Positions 17,019 through 25,296 are shown, counted from the first letter of the stretch. The stretch: 26,928 nt of DNA from Nitrososphaerota archaeon (GCA_030611185.1 JAUWQG010000001.1:1-26928); one strand, 5' to 3'. Numbers and translations are program-made. Notes: generated from the letters alone by a model not told the origin.

Positions 17019-17663
17019 TTAAAGAAATTTTGATGTTGAAGGAGATGTTGTAGTTGATGTTGGAACAGATGGGAATAAATCTCCAGTAGAGTTTTCTGCA
17101 ACTGCTGCGGCTTCTTGCAAAATTTTATCTGATTCCATATTTGTTGATTCATCAATTCCAAAAGCACCATCTCCAGCGAAACTTTCAGTCATAAATCCAC
17201 CCAACATGTCTGCCATTTGACTTATTTCTTGTTCTGCTCCAGGCATTATTTTTCCAAGTGAGGACTTCAGATTTTTCATTAGACCCATAGTTGGCATTAT
17301 TGCCATTACGGTGTCTCCAATGTCATTAGTGGTAGTCAATCGAAGTTCAATTCGTTCTAGGGCCATTCTTGCATTGCTTAGAATCTTTGTAACTTTTCTA
17401 ATTTCAGCTAATTCACTTGATAAGACTTTACTTTTTTGAGTATCATGTTGTTGTGTTGCCTCTACTATTCTTTGGAAAATTTTTCCATCACGTTCTTTTA
17501 ATTTAACTAACATACCATCTAATTTTGAAATTTGTAAGCTTAATTTTTTAATTGCGTTTTGGACACGTGGTTTGAGAGAACCTTTTGGTTTAATTACATC
17601 ATTAAATTTCTCAGAAATACTTGGCTGTGGTTGTTTAGTCCATTTGTCTTCTAGATTTGGCAA
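17019..17663 (-). CDS. cdvB: ESCRT-III / Snf7-family cell division protein CdvB paralog
   Basis: Snf7 core (QISKLD..L.KLKERD..IFQRIV; ELAEIRK..ALE.IELRL.T..D.GD), PGAEQEI, ILQEA and C-terminal FPSVP. TTG start. Paralog number cannot be assigned. Confidence 0.9.
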   Translation of the reverse strand: MPNLEDKWTKQPQPSISEKFNDVIKPKGSLKPRVQNAIKKLSLQISKLDGMLVKLKERDGKIFQRIVEATQQHDTQKSKVLSSELAEIRKVTKILSNARMALERIELRLTTTNDIGDTVMAIMPTMGLMKNLKSSLGKIMPGAEQEISQMADMLGGFMTESFAGDGAFGIDESTNMESDKILQEAAAVAENSTGDLFPSVPTSTTTSPSTSKFL

Positions 17664-17752
17664 TGTTTCCGATTTTAAATTTAATACTTAATTCAGGGTG
17701 TAAAAATTGATTCACCGTAAATTAAAATCTCTTTACAAAACATACTCCAATA

Positions 17753-17778
17753 GTGCTTGAAAAAAGATTTTCAGGCAC
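17753..17778. repeat. 11-bp inverted repeat GTGCTTGAAAA-AAGA-TTTTCAGGCAC
   Basis: 10/11 Watson-Crick pairs plus one T-G pair, in the divergent intergenic region between cdvB and the 17822 gene. Confidence 0.55.
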
Positions 17779-17821
17779 CATTAGAAATTTATTTTTATAA
17801 TATTAGAAATAAAGTAGCGAA

Positions 17822-18253
17822 ATGAAAAAAATATTTCTAATAATTCCCATTAGTATAATAATTGGGGTTATAGTTTTAGGCTCCCAATCAGACCAACCTA
17901 ATACAAATAATGAACCTGTTTTTCATGTAACTCTAGCCAGTCCTGAACTATACGAAAATGGAGTTTACTCCAGTACATTTGATTTGGAAAATGGTGAATA
18001 TTACTTTCGATTTGTGCCTAATGGAGATAGTCCCCAAAATCTTACAATTTCATTAAATGGAGATGATTTTGCATTTTCTGAAGATTTCAAATTGAATGGA
18101 ACATTACATGATACAGGAATTTCTGAATATTATACATGGGATTATGATGGCCAAAAATCTATTCTAATTCCAACTCAAAAAGAAATATTCATTCAGATTA
18201 ATCCAAATGGGAATCTAAAGGGAAGTGTATCTGTAGATATTATAGGAAATTAA
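17822..18253 (+). CDS. Hypothetical N-terminally anchored or exported beta-rich protein
   Basis: MKK plus hydrophobic helix, then a beta-strand-rich domain. Confidence 0.85.
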   Translation: MKKIFLIIPISIIIGVIVLGSQSDQPNTNNEPVFHVTLASPELYENGVYSSTFDLENGEYYFRFVPNGDSPQNLTISLNGDDFAFSEDFKLNGTLHDTGISEYYTWDYDGQKSILIPTQKEIFIQINPNGNLKGSVSVDIIGN

Positions 18254-18381
18254 AAGGCGTGCCCCTCTGATTACAGAACTGTGAGAGATTTCCTCTCGTG
18301 GTCAGGGTTTTAGGACCTGATTGCCTTTTCCGTTCTGTAGGGCCACGCAGTTTAGTCGATAGGAATTATGTCCTTCGGCAT
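18252..18381 (-). ncRNA. Candidate multibranched structured RNA, family unassigned
   Basis: GC-rich island with nested stems GCGTG/CACGC, CCC/GGG, TACAGAAC/GTTCTGTA, GAGAG/CTCTC and TCAGG/CCTGA. Minus-strand TTAAATA box at 18404-18410 and a U4 run at the 3' end. Strand is uncertain. Confidence 0.55.
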
Positions 18382-18716
18382 GAAATATTATAGTAATTTT
18401 AACTATTTAATATTTAATGAAAATTTTTCTATAATTTTTGATATTTTTAGTAATTTTTATAATAATTTTTTTATGGATTTATTTATAAAAATTAAAAGCT
18501 AATTTTTTAAAAATTTTTAGAACCAAATGTCATGATATTTGAAAACTAAAATATTATTTTAGGAACTTTTCATTTGAGATTTCTATTTGATAATTTCTCT
18601 AAATAAAAATTCCATAAAATTATTTTGCAAAGTGACAATAGCTCAAATTTTTTACTTTAAAATTATTATCATTTTTTCAGAAATCCTTGAAGTATAAATT
18701 ACGAATTTTATGGAGA

Positions 18717-19466
18717 ATGGTATTGAAATTAAAGGGGAAAGTTGCGATAATAACTGGCGGAAGTAGAGGTATAGGATTTGAAACTGCCAAAATTTTTTCT
18801 AAAAACGGAGCAAGCGTAGTAATTACATCAAGTAATCGCCAACAGCTAGAAAATGCTGCCAATCAACTTACTAATACAATACCAATATCTGCAGACATTA
18901 CAAAAGAGGAGGAAGTAAAAATGGTAGTTGAAGAGACAGTTAAAAAATTTGGAAAATTAGATATTTTAGTAAATAATGCTGGGATTTTTCCAAAAATTAA
19001 ACAATTACATGAAATTTCAGAATTAGAATGGAATAAAGTTTTAGATGTAAATCTTAATGGTCCATTTAGATTTGCAAAATTTTCTATACCATATTTACAA
19101 AAAACTTCAGGTACAATCATTAATGTTTCATCAGATGCGGGACTAAAAGCTTATGAGGGATTCAACGCTGATGCCTATTCAGCATCCAAAGCGGCTTTAG
19201 TTATTCTAACAAAGTGTTGGGCATTAGAATATGCAAAAGATAAGATTCGAGTAAATTGTGTTTGTCCTGGTGTAGTAGATACAGAAATGACCAAGCCATT
19301 TTTGAAAACAGAAAAAGATAGAAAATTTATGGATAATGATCATCCAATAGGTAGAATTGGACAACCTGACGAGATTGCAAAGTCAGTTTTGTTTCTAACA
19401 TCTGAGGATTCCTCTTGGACTACTGGAGCAATCCTTGCTGTCGATGGAGGACAATCAACTAAATAA
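18717..19466 (+). CDS. Short-chain dehydrogenase/reductase (FabG-like)
   Basis: TGGSRGIG, NNAG, YSASK, VNCVCPG, PIGRIG, VDGG. The track start is 18687; ATG 18717 sits about 20 nt after TATAAA (18693-18698). Confidence 0.95.
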   Translation: MVLKLKGKVAIITGGSRGIGFETAKIFSKNGASVVITSSNRQQLENAANQLTNTIPISADITKEEEVKMVVEETVKKFGKLDILVNNAGIFPKIKQLHEISELEWNKVLDVNLNGPFRFAKFSIPYLQKTSGTIINVSSDAGLKAYEGFNADAYSASKAALVILTKCWALEYAKDKIRVNCVCPGVVDTEMTKPFLKTEKDRKFMDNDHPIGRIGQPDEIAKSVLFLTSEDSSWTTGAILAVDGGQSTK

Positions 19467-19506
19467 TTCACATGAGTTTAATACTGCTCAAAATGTACTT
19501 TATACG

Positions 19507-19713
19507 ATGCATGACAAGAAGAAAAAGGCCAAATTAATTATTTTACTTGGTATTATTTGGGTAGTTATCACTTTACCATTACCGTGGATTGTTAATAATC
19601 CCCAAGTTTCAGACTCTCAACTCAATATCATGTTAACAATTATTGGTGTATTGTCTATTCCATTTATCATGCTAGGAGTAGTATGGACTCTAAAGCCAGA
19701 ACTGACAACGTAG
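19507..19713 (+). CDS. Two-TM microprotein
   Basis: The track ORF is 19435-19713. ATG 19507 (MHDKKKKAK) removes the overlap with the SDR. Two hydrophobic helices. Confidence 0.75.
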   Translation: MHDKKKKAKLIILLGIIWVVITLPLPWIVNNPQVSDSQLNIMLTIIGVLSIPFIMLGVVWTLKPELTT

Positions 19714-19723
19714 GTAAAATTCA

Positions 19724-20539
19724 TTGAAAAACATACCAATTGTAGATCCTATTCCAGAATTAGATGTAGCCTTACAAGCAGTAATTGAAGCAAGGAAGGC
19801 AATTTTGTCTATTTACGGAGAAAAATATGAAACCTCAATTAAACAGGATAATTCCCCTATTACAGAAGCAGATCTAAAAAGTAATGAAATAATCAAGAGA
19901 TTTTTATCAAAAACAGAACATCAAATTTTATCTGAAGAAGACAAAGATGATCAAAGTAGATTATCACAAGAGACAATTTGGATTGTAGATCCGCTAGATG
20001 GAACTTCTGATTTTATAGATAAAACTGGTGAATTTACCGTGATGATTGCTTTGGTTAAAAACAAAAAACCTATCTTGGGAGTGATAGGCTGGCCAACAGA
20101 GAACACTATCTTTGCAGCTCAAAAAGGAAAAGGAGCATTTAGATATTCAAATGATGAGTGGAGTGAAATTTCTGTGACAAAAATTTCAGAACTATCAAAA
20201 TGTAAAGCGGTTGGTTCAAGGCATCATCTTTCAGATAAAGAAAAAATGTTTATAGAAAAATTAGGAATTGAGAATTTTACAAGTATTGGAAGTTCGTTAA
20301 AAGTTGGAAAAATCAGTTCTGGAGAAGCTGAGGCATACATTACAACTACAAACAAAATGAAAGAATGGGATTCAGCTGCTTCATATTGTATAATTTCTGA
20401 GGCTGGTGGAAAAATGACAGATATGTTAGGTAATGATCTTACCTACAACAATCAAATTGTAAATCATCAAAATGGGATTTTAGTTACTAATGGTTTAATT
20501 CATAATAAAATATTGGAAGAATTTAAAAAATTAGAGTAG
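19724..20539 (+). CDS. cysQ: 3'(2'),5'-bisphosphate nucleotidase CysQ (inositol monophosphatase family)
   Basis: SPITEAD, SEE, WIVDPLDGT, EWDSAA, and HQNG motifs; adjacent to cysC. Confidence 0.9.
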   Translation: MKNIPIVDPIPELDVALQAVIEARKAILSIYGEKYETSIKQDNSPITEADLKSNEIIKRFLSKTEHQILSEEDKDDQSRLSQETIWIVDPLDGTSDFIDKTGEFTVMIALVKNKKPILGVIGWPTENTIFAAQKGKGAFRYSNDEWSEISVTKISELSKCKAVGSRHHLSDKEKMFIEKLGIENFTSIGSSLKVGKISSGEAEAYITTTNKMKEWDSAASYCIISEAGGKMTDMLGNDLTYNNQIVNHQNGILVTNGLIHNKILEEFKKLE

Positions 20540-21046
20540 GTTTCTTCCTTTAAGGAATTCTTTAACTTTGTTTGCGCTGTCTGAAAGCGAGTCAACTTCT
20601 GTATCAACAATAAGATCTGCCTTTTCTGGTGCTTCATAAGGATCATCAATTCCTGTGAATCCTTTAATCTCACCTTTTCTTGCCTTGGCATACATACCTT
20701 TAACATCTCTTTCTTCACATTTGGCTAAAGAGCATTTCACAAAGCATTCTGCAAATTGGTCACCTGCACTGATGATTTCTCTGGCATTTTCCCTATTCTC
20801 AAGATATGGAGATACTAAAGAAACTGCACTTGGAACCCCATGCTTTAGCAAAAGTTTAGCTAAATGAGCCACTTTTTTGTTATGCTCATCTCTACCCTCT
20901 TTTGAAAAGTCTTTGGGAGAGAACCATTCTCTTAGCTCATCACCATCAAGCATTGCCAAATTTGGAATGTCTTTTTGCAAATCTTTAACGATTGTAGTCT
21001 TTCCTGAACAAGGAAGACCTGTCATCCAAAGAACAAATGGTTTCAT
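20531..21046 (-). CDS. cysC: Adenylyl-sulfate kinase
   Basis: WMTGLPCSGKTT P-loop, LDGDELR, VSLVSPY, RDVKGMY..A..GEIKGFTGIDDPYEAP. Confidence 0.96.
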   Translation of the reverse strand: MKPFVLWMTGLPCSGKTTIVKDLQKDIPNLAMLDGDELREWFSPKDFSKEGRDEHNKKVAHLAKLLLKHGVPSAVSLVSPYLENRENAREIISAGDQFAECFVKCSLAKCEERDVKGMYAKARKGEIKGFTGIDDPYEAPEKADLIVDTEVDSLSDSANKVKEFLKGRNLL

Positions 21047-21084
21047 ATTGTCTAATCGAGAAAATAGGACATAAAGAGTTTACG

Positions 21085-21627
21085 TTAAATTTGAAACCAA
21101 GGCTGATTTTCTAGAAAATCAATTTCTTTTATCATATCTTCTTTCTTTTTTGTTATGGCAGTAACCGATCGATATTGTTCATACATTTCAGTTTCTTCTT
21201 CTTTTGATAGAACTTCAGCCTCTGCTTGGTCAAAAAATTTGTTTTCTTTGTTCAGATGATCATAAAGATATACTGAGTAAGTTCTCAAAAATCTTGAAAC
21301 TGGTTCTCTTGCATCTTCACCTTTTTTCCATCTTTGCAAATGTTTTGTAATTTCTCTTGCAATATTTCTTCCAAATTCATGTTCAATCATAAATTTCCGA
21401 ATTTCTTCTTTTAAATTATCATAGCTTGCCACACATGGAAAGTAAGAATCTTCTTCTCTAGAATGATGTATCGTATCTACAAATTCATAGATAACGATTG
21501 TTATTTTTTCAATATCAGAAAATGGAATGTTTGAACCACTTGTTATCTTTTCTGCACATTTCTCAATTACTTTTTGTAAACGACGAACTTGGTCATGATC
21601 AGCCCGTAGTTCTCCAGTTGCACTCAA
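21085..21627 (-). CDS. Hemerythrin/HHE cation-binding domain protein
   Basis: Ligand pattern DH..., HHSREE..YFP, EH, H.NKEN. TTG start. Confidence 0.9.
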   Translation of the reverse strand: MSATGELRADHDQVRRLQKVIEKCAEKITSGSNIPFSDIEKITIVIYEFVDTIHHSREEDSYFPCVASYDNLKEEIRKFMIEHEFGRNIAREITKHLQRWKKGEDAREPVSRFLRTYSVYLYDHLNKENKFFDQAEAEVLSKEEETEMYEQYRSVTAITKKKEDMIKEIDFLENQPWFQI

Positions 21628-21755
21628 TATAGCATAAACTCAGAGGTGGGATTTAATTTGTTCTAAAGATATTTACAAAAACCATACCTAAACAATGACT
21701 CAATCAGGCTTGACTAATTTGACTTTTAATAGCTCTAAATTAAAATCAACAATAT

Positions 21756-23138
21756 ATGAATCCGGTTTTTTTTGGGATGTTAGAGCTAATTAGAGGACAG
21801 TTAGGTGATGTATTTTCTCTGGATGGTATCAATGCAAGTGTAATTTTAGAAAAATTCAACGAGTTTCAAGATTTTGTTGGGACGTTAAGCCAAGAAGGAC
21901 CTATTGCCTCAGCTCATGTAATATTACTTGCAGCAGGTGTAGTGATTTTTCTTGGAGTAGCAGGTGAGGCATTTTTTAAGAAAACAGGAATTCCTGATGT
22001 TGCATTTTTGATGATATTAGGTGTAATAATTGGACCTGTTCTAGGAATTATTCAACCCGATGCTGTAATACAAATTGTTCCATATTTTGCAGCTTTAGCT
22101 TTGATAATAATTATGTTTGATGGTGGATTAAATTTAGATCTAAAACAAATAATAAAAACTGCTCATTTTTCCTTTACTCTAGCCATACTTGGGTTTATTT
22201 TATCAGTAGTAATTGCAACACTAGCTATACACTATACTTTAGATTGGTCTTGGTTAGAAAGTATTCTGCTTGGCTCCATTGTTGGAGGAAGTAGTTCAGC
22301 CATTGTGTTTGGACTGGTTAGAAATATCAGAATTTCAGAGGAAACAAAAAACATGCTGAGTTTTGAATCGGCTTTAACTGATATTCTATCTACAATTATT
22401 GCGTTTATTCTATTTGAGGCGATTCTTGCAGGTCAATTTGACCTTCAGATTTTACAGGAAACTATAGGAAGAGCAGTAGTTGTTGGCTTGGTACTTGGTT
22501 TTGGAGTTGGAATTCCATGGATGTATGTTTCTACAAAACTTGGAAATACTCAACATGCCTACATGCTTACTTTGGGAGTTTTGTTTGTTCTATTCTTTTT
22601 GGCTAATTCGTTTGGAGAGTCGGGTGCTCTCACAGCATTAGTTTTTGGACTTATGTTGGGAAACAAGAATCACCTTGCAGGAATTCTAAAATTCAAACTT
22701 CCAAGAATAGAATTGGATGATCCTACTCATAACCAATTGACCTTTTTGGTAAGATCTTTTTTCTTTGTATTTGTAGGATTAATGGCAAGCATAGGACAGT
22801 TTGAATATGTAGTACTTGGAATTGGAATTACAATTGCAATTTACTTTGGAAGAATGATTGTAAGCAAAATTACTCTAACAAAAAAATTCTCTTTGCTGGA
22901 TAGAAAAGTTACTTATTCGATGATTCCAAGGGGTTTAGCTGCTGCAGTATTAGCTACTTTTCCCATAACTTTGGGATTACCTCATGCAGAAGCTTATCCA
23001 CAAATAATTTTCTTTATTATTTTATCGTCTGTAATAATTACTACCATTGGCCTAGGAAGATCAAAGAAAATTCCGCCTCCAGAATCAAAAGAAGGTGGTT
23101 TTATCAAAAAACCTCCAGAAAATACTCAAGAAGAATAA
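21756..23138 (+). CDS. Cation:proton antiporter (CPA1/NhaP-like)
   Basis: About 13 TM segments, IPDV, MFDGGL, FESALTD, PRGLAAAVLA. No RCK domain. Confidence 0.92.
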   Translation: MNPVFFGMLELIRGQLGDVFSLDGINASVILEKFNEFQDFVGTLSQEGPIASAHVILLAAGVVIFLGVAGEAFFKKTGIPDVAFLMILGVIIGPVLGIIQPDAVIQIVPYFAALALIIIMFDGGLNLDLKQIIKTAHFSFTLAILGFILSVVIATLAIHYTLDWSWLESILLGSIVGGSSSAIVFGLVRNIRISEETKNMLSFESALTDILSTIIAFILFEAILAGQFDLQILQETIGRAVVVGLVLGFGVGIPWMYVSTKLGNTQHAYMLTLGVLFVLFFLANSFGESGALTALVFGLMLGNKNHLAGILKFKLPRIELDDPTHNQLTFLVRSFFFVFVGLMASIGQFEYVVLGIGITIAIYFGRMIVSKITLTKKFSLLDRKVTYSMIPRGLAAAVLATFPITLGLPHAEAYPQIIFFIILSSVIITTIGLGRSKKIPPPESKEGGFIKKPPENTQEE

Positions 23139-23145
23139 TTTCTAA

Positions 23146-23505
23146 TCAAAAATTTCCGGATTGTATTTTTTTGTTTATAGTTTGAATGTATTTTTGGCTA
23201 TATTCAGTAAATAATTGAATTTTATCTTGTGCAAGAGCCATTGCACCTGGTCTACTATTAACATGTTTTTCTGCAATTTGTTGTTCCTCTAACAATTTTT
23301 GTAAATTCTCTTTGTTCTGTGATTCTAGTTGAGTAGTTAAATTTTGAAGCTCTGTATCAAGCAAATTTTTAGTATAGGGTACAGCTGGAGGAGACGCACC
23401 TATGATTTCTTTTGTTGTAATTTGCCCAAATATTTTTCTGTCCAGTTCTGTCAATATTTCTTTCTCCATTATTTGTATTATAAATTCAATTGGTAGGAAT
23501 TTCAA
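23146..23505 (-). CDS. Hypothetical helical protein
   Basis: 119-aa ORF (TTG start; ATG 12 codons in is an alternative); no recognisable motif. Confidence 0.7.
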   Translation of the reverse strand: MKFLPIEFIIQIMEKEILTELDRKIFGQITTKEIIGASPPAVPYTKNLLDTELQNLTTQLESQNKENLQKLLEEQQIAEKHVNSRPGAMALAQDKIQLFTEYSQKYIQTINKKIQSGNF

Positions 23506-23630
23506 TTTCCATAGTTTGAATTTGTATGTTGTAAAAAATTTTATTATTTATTCGACAAGGTAATTATCAACTCTGAGATTAGAATTTACAGTATAATATT
23601 ATCGATTTTGAAATTAATGATGAGTGAAAA

Positions 23631-23840
23631 ATGACTTATTGTATCGGAAAATGTAAGAATTACAAGGCTCAAAAACCACCACGAATTGGCAGATATGCTG
23701 CAGGGCAAAAAAGATGCAATCATTGTGAAGTTTTTGTAGATTATGAAGGGAATACTTGCCCTTGTTGCAATAGACAATTACGGTGTCTTCCTAGAAGCAG
23801 AAAAGGAAAAGAACGATACCTAGAACAAATTATTTCCTAA
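23631..23840 (+). CDS. Cys-rich microprotein (CxxxC, CxxC, CPCC)
   Basis: 69 aa with 8 Cys; basic; no signal peptide. Confidence 0.85.
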   Translation: MTYCIGKCKNYKAQKPPRIGRYAAGQKRCNHCEVFVDYEGNTCPCCNRQLRCLPRSRKGKERYLEQIIS

Positions 23841-23895
23841 AATTGTTCCTGAAATAAAAAGTGCTTATTTATGAGGACATAATACTAGAAATATT

Positions 23896-24168
23896 ATGCC
23901 AATTCCAGAAGATGTTAAGGAATATGTTGAAAAGCAAATAACTTTAATGATTTCCCAAACTGAAGCTTATTTACCCTTCATCAAAGTTGCATTTCCTTAT
24001 TCAAAAAATCTGGCTGACGCATGTTACAATCTAATTGTAGGAAGTGCAGTATCAGTTTTTGTAAATCAATATGCTATGAGATTAAAGTATCCTTCTGCCG
24101 AAGATTTTACTGAATTTGGAAAAATCACGGTAAAGTATAGAGATGAAATAGATCAGTTTTTCAAATAA
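23896..24168 (+). CDS. Hypothetical protein
   Basis: 90-aa ATG-started ORF filling the gap; plausible helical composition. Confidence 0.8.
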   Translation: MPIPEDVKEYVEKQITLMISQTEAYLPFIKVAFPYSKNLADACYNLIVGSAVSVFVNQYAMRLKYPSAEDFTEFGKITVKYRDEIDQFFK

Positions 24169-24561
24169 TTATTCAATTTTGATTTTATGACCTGATACCA
24201 TTTTTGGTATTGTTATTGTTAATCTCCCCTTGTTAAATTTAGCAAATGCCTTTTTGCTATCAATTTTCCCAGGAAGAGTAAGCATTTTTTTAAAATATTC
24301 AAATTTTGTTATTACACCAAATTTTTCTTCTGAATAAATTTCTTTTAATTTTGCTTCAACAGATATAGAATTTTCATCAAATATTATTTTGATATCTTTT
24401 TTATTTACAAGAGGAAGATCGAATTCTAGTAACCAATTTGTTTCAAATTCTTGTAAACAAGATAAAGGAGAAAGAATTTGTTTATCAATATCGTCATTTA
24501 GTAATGAGTTAATTGTTGAAGGGAATATTCGAATTTTAAATTCATCTTTATTTTTAACCAT
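24169..24561 (-). CDS. Small heat-shock protein (Hsp20/alpha-crystallin)
   Basis: LEFDLP.V.KKDI, F.K.LTLP..ID, A.F.KGRLTITIPK. Confidence 0.9.
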   Translation of the reverse strand: MVKNKDEFKIRIFPSTINSLLNDDIDKQILSPLSCLQEFETNWLLEFDLPLVNKKDIKIIFDENSISVEAKLKEIYSEEKFGVITKFEYFKKMLTLPGKIDSKKAFAKFNKGRLTITIPKMVSGHKIKIE

Positions 24562-24565
24562 AAAA

Positions 24566-25294
24566 TCACCTGTAAATTTGCGGAGTTCTTCCCGGCTTTT
24601 TTTCTTGTTGTCGTTGTTGAAGTGAATGGATTGTTTCTTCCATCAAGTTTCTATGCTGAATTCGTAACCATTCTATCTTCTTTTTAATATCAGTAGTATC
24701 TACCTTGACATTTAAGACTCTAGCAAGGGTTGTAATTGCAACAACAGAGGCTTCAGGATCAGGGAAAAACGGATGGCATTCAGCATATAAGGTTAAGGCT
24801 GGAATTCGTGACTTTCTGAATGCAGTTATCATAGCAGCATCTGTTCCAAAAATTGAACCTGCTAGAAACTTTGGAATTTCATAATCATAAAGAAGTTTTT
24901 CTAATGATTTGTGGGTAACTAGACCAAATATTTTTGGTAATTTGGGATCTCTGTTTACTGTTTCCATTCCACTAATCATGATAATTTTTTTAATTTGATT
25001 TTTTTTAGAATAATCCAATATTGATTCAGCAAAATCATATGCGATAAATGGATCAAAAGGAAGATCAGACATTATAACAAAAAGATTATTTTTTTTATAG
25101 ATTCGTATAGGGGGGAGTATTTCTCCATTTTCAACAAATAAAGTCGGAGGAAGATCTGGATGTTCTATTTCTCCAATTTGCTTCATTTTTAAATGATGAA
25201 CCAAATATGAAATGGTAAATGTGCCTACAAGACCGTTACTTGGGAATCCTACTAACAGTATGTTTTCTTTAGGTGATTTTTTACTAATTTGCAT
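24566..25294 (-). CDS. PAC2-family proteasome assembly chaperone/activator (PbaA/PbaB-like)
   Basis: LLVGFPSNGLVG..T..YL, LPP, P.RIY, I.GT.A, AE....FPDPEAS; C-terminus I-Y-R. Confidence 0.9.
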   Translation of the reverse strand: MQISKKSPKENILLVGFPSNGLVGTFTISYLVHHLKMKQIGEIEHPDLPPTLFVENGEILPPIRIYKKNNLFVIMSDLPFDPFIAYDFAESILDYSKKNQIKKIIMISGMETVNRDPKLPKIFGLVTHKSLEKLLYDYEIPKFLAGSIFGTDAAMITAFRKSRIPALTLYAECHPFFPDPEASVVAITTLARVLNVKVDTTDIKKKIEWLRIQHRNLMEETIHSLQQRQQEKKPGRTPQIYR

Positions 25295-25296
25295 AA

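Noticed and set aside
18257-18348. TPP riboswitch (UGAGA, ACCUGAU, GUAGGG on +) or twister ribozyme (minus strand) assignment
   Set aside because: TPP P2 and P5 stems cannot form in the required places. For twister, the L1 UAA, the G directly after P2 and the T2 GC/GC pseudoknot are missing.
18252-18381. 5S rRNA, because of its length
   Set aside because: No loop C CCGAAC-like or GUUAAG-like conserved segments, and the helix arrangement does not match.
18380-18690. Replication origin suggested by the long AT-rich gap (also 15480-15660)
   Set aside because: No ORB-like repeats and no cdc6/orc1 gene in the window.
23617-23623. ATGATGA box C motif upstream of the Cys-rich gene
   Set aside because: No suitably spaced CTGA D'/D boxes follow.
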